Below are positions 36,466 to 48,950 of a DNA stretch of 64,000 nucleotides, piece after piece. The notes beneath the pieces were generated by a model. It was given only the letters and a program-made list of their open reading frames with translations. It was not told where the DNA came from and did no database searches. The DNA comes from Glaucostegus cemiculus. Taxonomy: Eukaryota. The stretch is from positions 744,001 to 808,000 of the forward strand of contig CDPCPM010000421.1 of assembly GCA_976551045.1 (NCBI GenBank), in the 5' to 3' direction. A program made the position numbers and the translations under genes. Within the stretch, counting starts at the first letter, position 1. The number at the start of each line of letters is the position of its first letter.

Positions 36466-37573
36466 CTGCCAAGCGTAGGGCCGACATTCGCTGGAACTCG
36501 GGCTCCTGCAGCCACTTCCACATGCGCCTGAAGGTCTCCCGGCCCGACTTGAGCTTACTCCAAGGTTTCGGGTTCCTCAGTAAGTCGGACAGGGTGCCCT
36601 GCGAGCGGCACAGCACCCGTTGCGCGAAGATCGCTTGCGGGATGCTGTAACGCTTGAGCTCGGTGGTGATCCTCTGCGCTACCTCCTTGGTGTTGATCTC
36701 CTCCAGCTGGCTCGACCCGCCGCCGCCTCCTCCTCCGCCGCCGCCACCTCCTCCTCCTCCGCCGCCGCCTGCCTGCGACCCGTTGGAGGAAGGGGGCGGC
36801 TGCTCGCCCCTGGCCGAGCCCAGGACCTGCCCGTGGCCCTGTGCGTGCGGGTGCACGTGGGGGTGGTGGTGCAGACCGTTGATGGGCACCATGCCCACCG
36901 AGGGAGGGCTGAGCCCCCGGCTGAGGTGCTGCTCCGCTCGGCCTAACATGCCCGGGTGGCCCTCGAAGCCGTTCGGGGTCAGCATCTTGTCAGCGGGCAT
37001 GGGTCCAGCGTGCCCGTAAGGTGTCAGACCGTGCTGGGAGTTGTGGATGGTGCCCAGGCCGTTGGTGAGAGGGGAGCCGGAGAGCGGGGAGAGGCTCTGA
37101 GCCATGCCGCTCATATCCTTGTGATAGTGGCTGTACAGATTGTTCATTGAAGTCAAACCTCTCTCGTCCCTCATCAAGGTGAAGCTGCCGCTCACGTTGC
37201 CGGCCAGCCGCTGGTGGTGATGGTGGTGGTGGTGAGGGAACTTGTCGGACACGGTAGAGATGGGAGGCAGCGGCTGCAGAGGGGTCAGCGTGGTGTACGT
37301 ACTGCTCATGCCCGGCACCGTCTCACAAGCCATGGTCATGGTCGGGTGCAGCGGGGCGGCCAGTGCGTGGTCCGGCGGCCGGTGGTAGTCTCCGGGACCG
37401 TCCAGGATCGAAGCCATGCTGGACACCATGGAGCGAGCGTGCACCGGCAGATTCCGATGGCCGATCGAGCGGCTGTGCGGGCTGGGGCTACTCAGCAGGT
37501 CGCCCGGCTGCACCGGTTCATGGGGCACCCCATGCAAATCGCCCAGGTTCTCCATCGTTAGCTGAGCATTCAT
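36466..37573 (-). CDS. ONECUT1: ONECUT1/HNF6 coding exon 1 (N-terminus, TP box, poly-His, CUT domain)
   Basis: ORF starts MNAQLTMENLGDLHGVPHEPV and contains TYTTLTPLQPLPPISTVSDKF, His7 and the CUT domain EEINTKEVAQRITTELKRYSIPQAIFAQRVLCRSQGTLSDLLRNPKPWSKLKSGRETFRRMWKWLQEPEFQRMSALRLA. It ends at donor GCAG|GTAAG (exon end 36466); 1108 nt, phase 1. MNAQLTME and RITTELK match ONECUT1 rather than ONECUT2/3. Confidence 0.96.
36716..36769 (-). repeat. Coding GGN trinucleotide repeat (poly-Gly, 18 codons)
   Basis: Minus strand (GGC)3(GGA)4GGT(GGC)3(GGA)3(GGC)3GGG immediately before SSQLEEINTK. Confidence 0.92.
37214..37234 (-). repeat. Coding poly-His (7 codons)
   Basis: CAC/CAT run encoding PHHHHHHHQRL. 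Confidence 0.92.
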
Positions 37574-38300
37574 GGTTGGCGCACGGTTTTACACCGGACA
37601 TCTATCTGGCGTGTCCCTGGGAGAGCTTCACATCAAGGTGGTCACTTGCTCTTTGCATTTCATTCATTCATTTATTACTCCCGATTAGGTCTATTGTTTC
37701 CCTCACCAGCCCCAAGACTTTTGCCCCCACTTTCTTCTCTTTCTTGCTTTGCTGTAAGGCTCCCCTTTCCCGTCCCTCCCTCCCTCCCACCAATTCTAAT
37801 TATTTTTTGGCTGGTAAATTTGTTGCTTAGAACGCCCGTAGCCGCGGTGCCAGCCCGCTCCGGTCCCTCGCCGCCTCTGCAGCCATATCTTCACTGTGTG
37901 TGTTTGGTCCACACTTCGCTTGTCTTTGGCCCCCCGAGCCGTCGCTGCCGCTGCTGCAACCCTCCCCCATCCTCCACCCCCCCTCCCTTCCAAGTACACC
38001 CCCCCCTTCTCTCTCCCACCACCACCACCACCACCCCTCCCCTCCCCAACCACTCTCTCTCCTGCCTTCTGCCGCCAGCAGTGCGCACTCACCGTCTGCG
38101 CACTCCTCTGCAAGCCGCCCTGACGTCGGGCAGCCAATTGGAGATTGGCGTTTCCTTCCGGGTTCCCCATGTCAACACAAAATCCAGAGAAAGAGCCGGA
38201 GAGGAGAGGAGAGGGGAGGGGAGGGGAGGAGAGGGGAGGGGGGGGTGGAATCAAATCAAATCACAGCCTCCTGTTTAAGGCAGCGCCGGCTCCAAGCTGC
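37574..38300 (-). promoter_or_regulatory. ONECUT1 5' UTR and proximal promoter within a CpG island
   Basis: GC/CpG-rich. GC box GCCGCCC at 38114-38120, CRE-like TGACGTCG at 38121-38128, CCAATTGG at 38134-38141, second ATTGG at 38144-38148, FOX-like GTCAACA at 38171-38177. The TSS cannot be determined from sequence. Confidence 0.7.
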
Positions 38301-41300
38301 ACATTGCACCGGTTTCTCTGCCCCTCCTCCCTCTCACAAACACACATTGCATCCAACAGCAAATTCTCCATCTAACACTCCGGGTGCATTTCCCCCCATA
38401 TTCATTTTATTCAATGCACTTTATTGTTAGCGTGCCTCATTATTACATTAGATACAGAATGCAGACTGCTTCACTAGAAATGCATTAAAACTGACCCGAT
38501 ATTGTTAGGCAGCCCGAGCTATTTTAGAAAGGGCATCGCGCCGCACGAAGACAGCTCCAAACTGAAGGTTATCCCTGTCCAGATCCACTCCCTTCTCAAA
38601 TCCACGACCGTTAATTCCACGTTTGCAACCGGGGTAAAATATCACTGAAACCAGTTTGTTTTGCTGTTGTTCCTTGGGGAACATTAGGTTGATGTAATGT
38701 TCCACTGCACCTCGGCCGAAGATGTAAATCGGACCCTGGCCCGTCTCCTTGCTTGAGGTCGAGTGGGTTTCAAAACATAAAGAAAAAACAAATCCCCGGG
38801 TTCCCATCTCACTGAGGCAAGGCACCGAGGCGAACATGTCGGCTGGATATTCCGGCAAAATGAAGCAGGTGTAAAGTGCAGTCAAAAACTGGTTGCAACA
38901 TGTTTAGCTAAATTTGTATAATATATGTTTGATCAATAAACTGAGCTTGGATAGGCCAACAAAAGGTGATGATGTAGAATTAATTAACCACACAAGTCAC
39001 TTCTGACGACCACAGTGCAACAAAATTGGCAAACAAATTAAATGGAAGAGAAAAGAAATTCCAAGCCACCAATCTATTTTTAGGTCAGTAATAGTTTTCT
39101 CGTAATGGACTGGATTCCCCTTAAAACTCTAAGGTTAACGCTTGCCGGATAAACAATTAAAACGCAGAAGTGCTGAAATGTGTTAAAGACAAAGGGTTTT
39201 ATTTCTAAAAGGGACGCAGCACGACACATGCCACTGTTGCTGTTTTAAGCGCTGGTCCGATAAGGTGCTAAGCAAAAACGGGACAGATGTGCCCATTGTT
39301 CTACGATTAACAATAACGGATGAGGCCAGACAAGTGTTTGGAAAATGTGGCCCTGTTCTCGCAGGCGAACCGCGGGAGGGACGGAATTATGACATAATAG
39401 ATTATGATATTTGACTGAATTCGTACAGATCTACACGAAATTGGTCAAATTGATTGGGTGGGAGAGAATCGAATGATGAATATAAACAGGGCAAGTGTCG
39501 AATTACGTATCAGAATTCTCATATATATATAATATTAATACACATATATGTATGTGTGAGCAGGAATCAATCATTCGGTCTTATATTTCAGGAAAATGAA
39601 ATTACTATGATGGCAATTATGACATGCCAAAATGCGATTAGCCAAGAAAACATCAATAGCAAACAGATGAAAAGAATTTAAAACAGATCATTGCAACAGC
39701 AACCTTACTATTATCTGTTTAATCAAGCCCCACTTAGCATTAAGATGGATACATTACATCAGTTATATCATTAAGCCATTATCTTAGCAGAAGCGTTAAA
39801 CAGCATTTGCTTCCAGTAGTTATTTGCAATATATATTTGGCAACAATGAAATAATCACTGTTAAGACAACCATTACTTGTTAAGCTATTGTCATGCTTCA
39901 AATATTCATCAGCAGTTTTATCAATTAATAACTTATATTCTGATTATTGATTACGTTAATTCAGCGGAATCTCAGTCAATGCAATAGATTAGGTGGGATA
40001 AATAGATGGACGAACGAACCTTTATATAACCCCATCAATACAATTTCATGGAAATATTAGGATCCAAAATTAATTTGCTTCTGCGTTGACATTACCACAG
40101 ATTGGTTTATTTTGGACTTGCACACGTGTAGAGCTTTTGTTTTGTATTTCTGAAGTTCGACTTGTAGTTGAACTACCACGAACCACATGAAAGTTAAACA
40201 AGAGAACCAATTGGAGAATAGCAATTTTTTGTAACACTGGATTGCAACAAAACCTGATTATAAACCCATTTTGTTGATGTCCCATTCTTAAACTAAAGCT
40301 GCCCAATGTGCCTGCGTGTGTGCGTGAATATTAATGGTCCTGATGCATTGCGGTCAATGTTTGTGTATTTGTTGGGGGCGAGCGAGGGGTGGGGGTGGGT
40401 GGAAGAGAATGAGGAGAAATTGCACATTTGAAATCAAAAAGGTAGTGGCTAGGATCTAAAGGTCGGCATTAGTTAATCCAACAAAACGTTGAAAAGACTG
40501 TTATGGGTAAATTTAGCAGCATCTTGAGCAGGCGTCTTCTCGCCCTTCTTTTATGGTGCTTGTAGTGGTCAGTTGCTGAAGGTCTGTCTTGATTGAAAAG
40601 GGACATGTCAAAGGTGACGCTTCAAGACTCCAAGAGCCAACAGCTGCCGTTTCAACAGATTAACCGGAGACTTTTTTGTACTTTCGCCTGTTGAGCTTCT
40701 TGGACCTACTTGGTCATAAGAAAACACACATCTGTCAGTCCAAAAAATATAAGAAATACCCGGTGGATGTTAGAGGGGGAATGGGAAAGTTAAATAATGC
40801 AGCTGTTCCTTAACAACTGCTATTTCTCCACAATAATCATGCACTAAAAAATTAAACTTGCAAAATACAACTTTTCTACGTATTGACGTTTTCCCATTAA
40901 CGCTCTCTCGCTGAACAAGGCTGAATGTGAACGAGTACAGGAAATACGTGCTCCTAGAGTTAGCAGGAAGATAATTAGCAGGAATGGTAAATCCTTGGAA
41001 GTTTTGAGCCACCGTTTCACACCGTTTCAAATGTGCGTGTTATTCTCCTGAAAACATAATAAGCTTAGGCTGGGATCTGACTTTAGCCTCACCAGTCTGC
41101 AAGCACACAGTCCTGCCGCCCAGAGTTGGAAATATTTTGGATTTCAGTTAACTACCTCACTGTGATCAGTATCAGTGTAAACGCGATTTATTTTGAAACT
41201 ACACAGGAACCTTAAATTGCCCACTGTCTCGACGCAAGGCCGAAGCTGACATCAGATTTGGTAATTGTGTTGCAAGTGATATCTTCATAACGCAAACACT

Positions 41301-44300
41301 CATTGACCTTACTTAGATTTCCACTGTTCAGCCTCAAACTTCATTATACCGATGGCGGTGCAAATAGTTTTAATGAACATTAAGGCATGTTCCCCTCATA
41401 GCAAAGCAGAGGCCGGTCCTCACACTAAAACTGCATCTGTTCATATTCTCATACTGGTCGATATTTTTCATTCACACTCACATCTCAGCGGCTTGTAAAG
41501 GGAAAATTAGACTTTTGTTGAGATTCACTCAAGCAAATCTTATTCGTGTTAGAACGCGAGTTTGTCGCATATGTTTTGTGACTGAATTAAAATGTAAAAT
41601 GGTCGTGACCTGATGGCACTTCGGTACACTCAAAAAAGCCCGACCGCTAAGCCAGCAGACACGAAGAATAGGATTAGAAAAAAGGCACGTGGCAATTAAT
41701 TTGGCGGAGATTAATTGGTATAAATACCGATGTTATTAATATGAAATGAAACATACACATGGATTGGGAGGACTCGACTTCCTCGATTTTGTAGGCAATT
41801 TAGTTTAGATTAATTTTACGCGATTAGCAATTGTTACATTATTATACCGCTTTCATTTTATATTTTATTGTCGAACTATAATATAAATATTCGTTATTTC
41901 AATACGGTCAAAAGTTAAATACACCCTTTGCTGGAACTTCCAAAAAAATGTATTTAATTTTAATTTGGGCTTTTTACTCTTTATTTAAAGCAATTTCGTA
42001 AGTGTGATGTGTTTGTTGGTAGATCTGTAAAGGCTTGTGAGATTTATTAAAATTCACAATTATATTTTCTTCCAGATTACGTTGTTCACTAGGTTGACGC
42101 AAGTAACAAGTATTTTATCTTTATTTCTGTTTTCAATTCCATTTAAACGACTCTGCTTACAAAAATCATTGCCAGAATGAAGAGTTGAATTATTATGTTT
42201 AATTACCTGGGGAAGTAGGGTGGTGATGGCGATGTGGTGGTGAGGGGGAGGAAGTGGAACTTACACATTAATGTATTATTGTCACAATTCGGTCATTGGG
42301 GCTATGAAGCACCCTACTAGTGCACCAACGTTAGGGAGAGAGCCTACAAACAAATATGGAAAGGCGTCGTTCACATTTCACTTGGAAATAGGTATAAAAA
42401 GAATACATGGTATAATTATCCAGGTAAATCAGTTATTGACTACGCAGTAATGGTTCCCAAACATCACTAATACAGGCTCCATCTCAACAGAAGTTATTGC
42501 ACTTGCTCTTCTACATTATCTCCCCTTATTTCGCATTTTATGAACTATTTGCTAAGCAAGCAGAGTTGTTCCCATTAAATATTTACACTCTAATGTCTTC
42601 TTGTTTCAAATTATTAATTAGGCGCCTTTGGTCATTTTAAGTTGAAATGGAGAGTCTGCGAGGCTTTAAATATGATTTCAAATTATTACAGCCTTCTATA
42701 ATGCGAAAATTATTCCATGTCTTGCATGTCAGAGATTAACAGCTTTAAGGATCAATAATGTGAAATTCGCGAACTGGAAGCCTGCAAATGACAGCATTAT
42801 TGATAGCAGGCATGTAAATTACTTCATACTGTAAAATAAATAAGAATGTAAAGCCACAATCATCGGGATTAAAACTGGCAAATTGCTGTATATCTGCCGC
42901 AACAACACTGGAAACATGGCAGAAATTGTTAGAATAACGACTAATTGTAACCAGTGAGGATTTCAAGTGACCCTTTCTGCATAGAAATCAATGCAAAAGC
43001 GTCAAAAGACGGATCCATTTTCTTCGTAATCTTAAAACTTACTTTAATGTCAACTTACTATCAACTTGCTATTTCGGTTGAGGTACACTTAAGCAACAAT
43101 CAGCTTCAACATAAAGTTGTATTTTCATTTTACTTCACTGCGATTAACCAAAGATTTATCTTTTCTGTCATTTTGATACCACACAGTAAAACTAAACGCT
43201 ATTACCTGATGAATATGCCTATACTTACCATGTTATTAAAGGTAATCAGTATTGTTCCAAAAACGTATTGCAATCCATTCAGGATAATATTTGATATCGC
43301 CTTTCACTTTGATCATGTGCTCTTAACGCCATCCCGTTTCTGTTCAATTTATGCTTTGAAAATAAATTGTCGATAAAACACTGTAGCTATTCAGTCAATA
43401 TCACCTTGCATTTTTTGAAAAAATTAATAGAGCTACTGATAATATTCATGTTCAACCAAGACCTAGTTTTCTAAAATTGCTTTTTCATACTCGAAAGATA
43501 GTTTCAATTGAATTCAACTTTTAATTTCTTTCGTGATTCCTGTAACTTTTTAATGTTTAAATTGTAAAAATGTTGTGAATTGAGATCGCTCAATTTTTGG
43601 AAAGAAACATCAATTTCCGGAAGAGGTTGAATGGAGGAAATTTAAATTAGGCAGCGATTTTGCTGATAATTCCAAGTCAGTCGTTCGAAAAGAATTCGGC
43701 GGGGCAGGGGCTCTCCTGTTTAATCCAACTGGTGCAATTGCAGAAGTATTTTACACACATTTAAACGAAAAACCACAAAGATGTTCGTCATTTTCAGAAA
43801 ACTAATTAATTTAATGCAAAACAAGAAATTCAGTTAACAGTGCAAAGTTTAAATCTACTGGGGTTTTAAAAAAGTGTGGAAGTTAGGAAACAAAATCTCC
43901 ACGGAAGCTCAGACTAGAGAATATAAAATCATGTTGATTAATGAATGTTATACACCCAAGTTGGTCTAATGCGCCAAATATGAGAGAGCAAAACGATTAT
44001 CCTGTTTCTGCTATGTTTAATATACAGGTCCACGTACACTGAGATTATCCAAAGTCTCATACAATGTATTTTAAACGACTCTACCCCCCTAGCAATGGAG
44101 GAATTCAAGGCTGGGTGTGTGCTGATACAGGTACAAAATGTGTTACTGGATAACCACAGGTGAAGTTTGCTTTACTTAGGGGGGAAAAAAAAGCTAAAAA
44201 TAAACACTTCGCTACCAACTGCCAGACATTCTCCCAGAAATCCTTTACCAAATTCCACAAATTAATAATTTCGACGGTTCTAAAAGTTGAGGAATATTTC

Positions 44301-47300
44301 ACAGAATCCCAAAGGAAACGAAGCTAGCAGTGACAGGAAAAGGGGTTGCCTAATTTTGAAAATAATAATTCGGGTGAAACACCCCCAGCGTTGGAAAGGC
44401 ACGAGCACAAAAAGTCTGTTCACCTTTCCTATTGTTGCTGGGATGACATTCTTGCTCAGAGAGCTTTGAGAAAGACGAATACACTTGTAAGAACAGCAAC
44501 TGCTAATTCTTGTAAAAACGTCTAAATGTTCAATGTAGATCCCGGTTGGGACGGGGAAGGATTCTTGAACATTCAAGTTTCCGATATTAATAATCCCAGT
44601 CGTAACTGATGAGTAAATACATTCCGGGAGGGGTGGCTGTGAGTCTTTCGGGTCAGTTCGTTCTACCTGATGCACCATATGATCAAGCCAGGTGCCAAAC
44701 CGAGCACAATGGAACTGACAAAACTCCCATAAAGAGCAAATTGAATTATTTAACGCCACGTGAAATCATTACTTTTAAAAGAAGCGATCAAAAAGGTGGT
44801 GTAAATTATGTACTAATTCACTATGGGAAAGCAACGGTGGAAGTAACCCACACAGGAATAAAACGCAAATGGCGAGATATCAAAACGATTTGAAAAAAAT
44901 GCGACTAAAACTTCTGTTCCCTGTAACTCTCCAGAGGCAACAATTCGTGTCTGATTATGATTTCCAGCGCTGAGTTTCAGAATTACAAACTGCTGTCTCA
45001 TAATCGTTCTCAAAACTGAAGGGGCTAATTAATTCGGGCCGACGTCGGCACAGGTTGAAAAGCTGTGCTAGTTTTCAAACACAGTTGTAATAAGTCAATA
45101 GCACGGGCAAACTCTCAGTTTAAATGACAACACAAACAAAACCGAAACACTCGGTCCTGTCATATCCAACAAAAGGATCATCTACACTTGCAGTTAAGCG
45201 ATTGTCAATGTTTAAAATGCACAATGAAGACCAGAGAGGGCGGGACCCAAGCATTGTTCAATTAAACAAACGAGGAAGAGTCATTTAACTTGAAATTTCA
45301 GGCATAATACAGATTAATGAATGGCGTGTGTACATGTGTGTGGATTTAAAAGCAGGGGATGAGCGTGTACAGCCATTGGTCAGAAGCCCCCCTGCTCTGC
45401 GTACTCAGTTAAATAACATCCTCCTACCCCATTCCCCACCGTCTAAAAAGACGAAGGTCGGCAAGCCCGTGACAATTAAATGGCCTATTAACAACAGCAG
45501 CAACTGATAGGTTAAAGCAGAAGAGGAACATTAACTCTTATCTAATTCAAAGCAGGACCACATGCAGAAAGTTAACAAGAGGTGCTTCTGAGCCTTTGCT
45601 TCTGTAACTCAAGCCCTGATAAGTTTGCGTTAAATTGGTCCACGCAAGCTGCATTTCACAGAACTACAATATCCATTGCATTCATCCCAATGGTCTTGTT
45701 GTAAATATAAACACAACAAATATGGCTGTTACAGTAGCTGGCCTATTAGTTATTATTGCACTACTTATCAAGACCTTTCAATGAAACTATGTGCACGTTT
45801 AAAACAGGATAGCGTTTCAAAGAGATGGTTCCACGTCAATCAATTTGTAATTATCAATCTGAGGGCCTTTGCGGGTTTACCGCACAGACGTAGTAAAGAA
45901 TGTGCAGCGAGAACAAAATCGAAAACACGACTCCTCAATCAATAAATGGGACTAAGACAGTTCAGCTTTTTCACACTGTTGCGCAAAGCAATTCAATTAT
46001 ATTTGAAATGCTTTAGTCACAACACATGTTCAGTGATTACTGGATATTCATTTATCCATGTGCAATGTAATTTATACCATAATAAACCAAATTTCCATAA
46101 AGAATTGGCGTCATTATATTGAAAAATCTCTTTTCATGTGTTGCTTCGCCACTTGATCGTTGAGTGCCGCGCTCTCAGCCAATGCAGAGCAGCTCTCATT
46201 TCACCCGCACTTAATGGGCAGACATGGAGGAGAACTCCTCCTTGTGTCCTGTAACCGCCCTTGTCAAATTAGGAAACAGAACTTTGCAATAATAACGTCA
46301 ACTACTGCTCAAATGACAAAGAGAATAGCAACGTTATTCTTTTGCAACTCAGTCTGAAACATGATTTTGAATCGAGAAATGTATCCAATTAGCGTTATAT
46401 TTTGTACAGGGAAATCAATCATGAAAAAAAATATCTTGTGAATTACCACACCCACTAGTAACTAATTAAATAAGATATTGTGAAATTTGGAAACAGCTAA
46501 ACATCGAACCTCGACATTGATGAAGTTGTTACCTTTAACACTGCAATAGCAAATTGGTATCTCATTCCCATCTTAATCCACAATCTTTATTCTACAACTA
46601 TGACCATCACTCCCAGGTACTATAAAAGAAAGCAATTAAAACACACTCTTAAGGGAATACAGTAAGTTGTCTGAGACAAATGTCTGAAAAAGAACATTCC
46701 AGATTGCAAAACATTGTTCCTAAATGAGGACAACAGACACATCGCCAATGTTAGCATAAACCTAATGACTGAAGGTCAGAACGAAAACAAAGCTTCACCG
46801 GTCGTGGTAGAGGAACTAACAGGCTTTTCATTAGAACCTACTTCTAAAACAACATTGGAAGTAAGTGTGGGCAGTTCTTTATACATGCGGAGTTTACAAT
46901 TCAGACAATTTACTGAATGTGTTAATTATACCATGTATAATACCAAAAGGCAGGAGGCGAGGTCTTTATATACTGTTTCAATTACAAATATGCCCCACTT
47001 TAAAAAAAATAAAAGCGCACCTATGTTTATATATAATGGCTCACATGTAACTATTGAGCCACTGCAAAAATGTACTTTGAATCATTACATGGATGATCCA
47101 CTCCACGAAACTCATTATATCTGATCGTGGGTTCACACACATTATATTTTAATGTCTTTTTGCCAAGAAACAGAACGAAGATATATAACAAAACAGCGCT
47201 TTGCGAATTGTGCATGCAATCTGAGGACGTGGTATCAGTATGACTGGAAACTATTCCTCCGTCAAATTTTATACGCTTAAATCAGTGTTTGGTTTTGGAA

Positions 47301-47699
47301 CAGTTAAGTGCAGATAATATTCTGTCTTGTTCAAATTTACATGAGAAGTCCTTCAGCTGGTTTGCTCATCTCGGTTCAAAAGAAGGTCCAGTTTTGTACA
47401 TTTTAAGAACGTATTATTAAACTGTCACATAATTGAGATTTATCCACTTTAAATAAACTAAATTATTATTGTTTAACGATCAAGAAATATGAACAAGACA
47501 TCACGGAAACTACACGTTATGTACGGCCATCAAGCCATCACAGATATGCTTCATCAAACGCATTGTAATTTGTATGCCAGTGTGCTGTCAAATTCTCTGA
47601 AATATATATGAAATATTACAAGCTGCGATCTGTCACGTCACTTCCTGTTTTTAACCATTCAGGAAAGTTTGCAATAGTCTGTTTCTGCAGCTCTTGCAG

Positions 47700-48950
47700 C
47701 TCGGAACAGAGTTAATGAATGACATCCCCTGAAGCATGTCAAGCGGGATCTTAGTTGCTTAATCCTTCTCGTACAGTCACCGTCACCAGCCGACCTGTTC
47801 TCCCGTCTCTGCAAGACTTCTGCTTATTTCTCTAAAGTCACAATTACAAATCTCCAATTTCACACTTGATCTCGGACGCATATACAAATTGTGTTTAGTA
47901 TTTTTGTTGGCAAGTTGCATTGAAAATCTCCCAACGTCATCCACCCCTCCTCCCACCGTCGTTCTTTTGCAATTCCAACCCATTCCCAGATCACATCAAA
48001 ACATATTCTCAGTTCAACACTCTCCCCCCCCCCCACCCCCAACCCACCCCGCCCGGATGTTGACATCTATTTGCAAGGGTTGAATGCGACGCCCTTTCTC
48101 CCTAACACAAGTGTGATGCTGCAGGTCTTTACCGCGCCCGTGACACATGCCCCAGCCCTCGCCGGAGTGAGCGGCGGCTCTACCATGCCAAACCCAGCGG
48201 GGTGCCACATGTAACTGGGATGCACGTACACCCCTTGGACCTATTTGCAATTCTGACTTGAACTATACTTACCGAAATCCGTGCTAAAGGCATGTTTGCA
48301 GCTGTTTCGTGGCATGTTGCGCCTTTGTAAACATCCACGGATAACCAAATGTCGGATGTGCCCCAAGGAAACATAGATCTGCATAATTTCAACTGGAAGC
48401 TCTCCTGCTCAGTTCCAGGGCCTTTTTTTGGGGGTGGGGGCGGGTTTGGTGGGGAGGGGGTGTTCGGGGTACGGGTGCGGGCTTGCTGCTTAACATACGA
48501 AAGTTTATCAGCTTATCCGGGGAGTCGCCCACAGCAGCCGGAGAGCCAGACCGTTCGGTCCCGGGGCCGGGGATCTTCATTCTCCTCTGGCCCGTCCTTT
48601 GGACCTCAGGAGAAAGACCAAAGGCCCCCCTGCCCTCTCTCCCCACCCCCCGCCGTCCCATCCTATATTTCGCCCTCTTGCTTTCGAAACAGTCGCCGGA
48701 AATAATAAAATATATATATATGTTTTAAAAAGGATAAAACAAAATAAAGCCGTTCTAGCCTTCCTCCTTGTCCGTGGGGTGAAGCAGCTCGTTTCGGTCA
48801 GTATATCCTCGCAATGTCAGTTGCATTTGAATAGCTCTGGCTTGTTATGTACCTCGATGGCTATGAAAGGGAATCAGTATGCAAATTGTTTCAGTTACAA
48901 TCGAAAGGTTCGATCTGAGGTAGCTCGCTAACGGAAGCTGATGTCAGCTC
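47700..48950. promoter_or_regulatory. Second CpG-rich island about 10 kb upstream of ONECUT1
   Basis: GC-rich segment with many CGs, G/C runs and no credible coding ORF. Confidence 0.55.

Larger units (their letters stand above)
35950..38900. other. CpG island over ONECUT1 exon 1 and promoter
   Basis: Visibly high GC and abundant CG dinucleotides compared with the flanks. Confidence 0.85.

Noticed and set aside
36396-38430. Several long plus-strand ORFs (poly-Pro, 210 aa, 176 aa)
   Set aside because: Antisense shadows of a GC-rich exon and low-complexity promoter tracts; stop codons are scarce in GC-rich DNA.
42954-47124. AT-rich ORFs of 136-159 aa upstream of the gene
   Set aside because: Non-ATG starts, no recognisable domains or splice context; composition typical of random non-coding translation.
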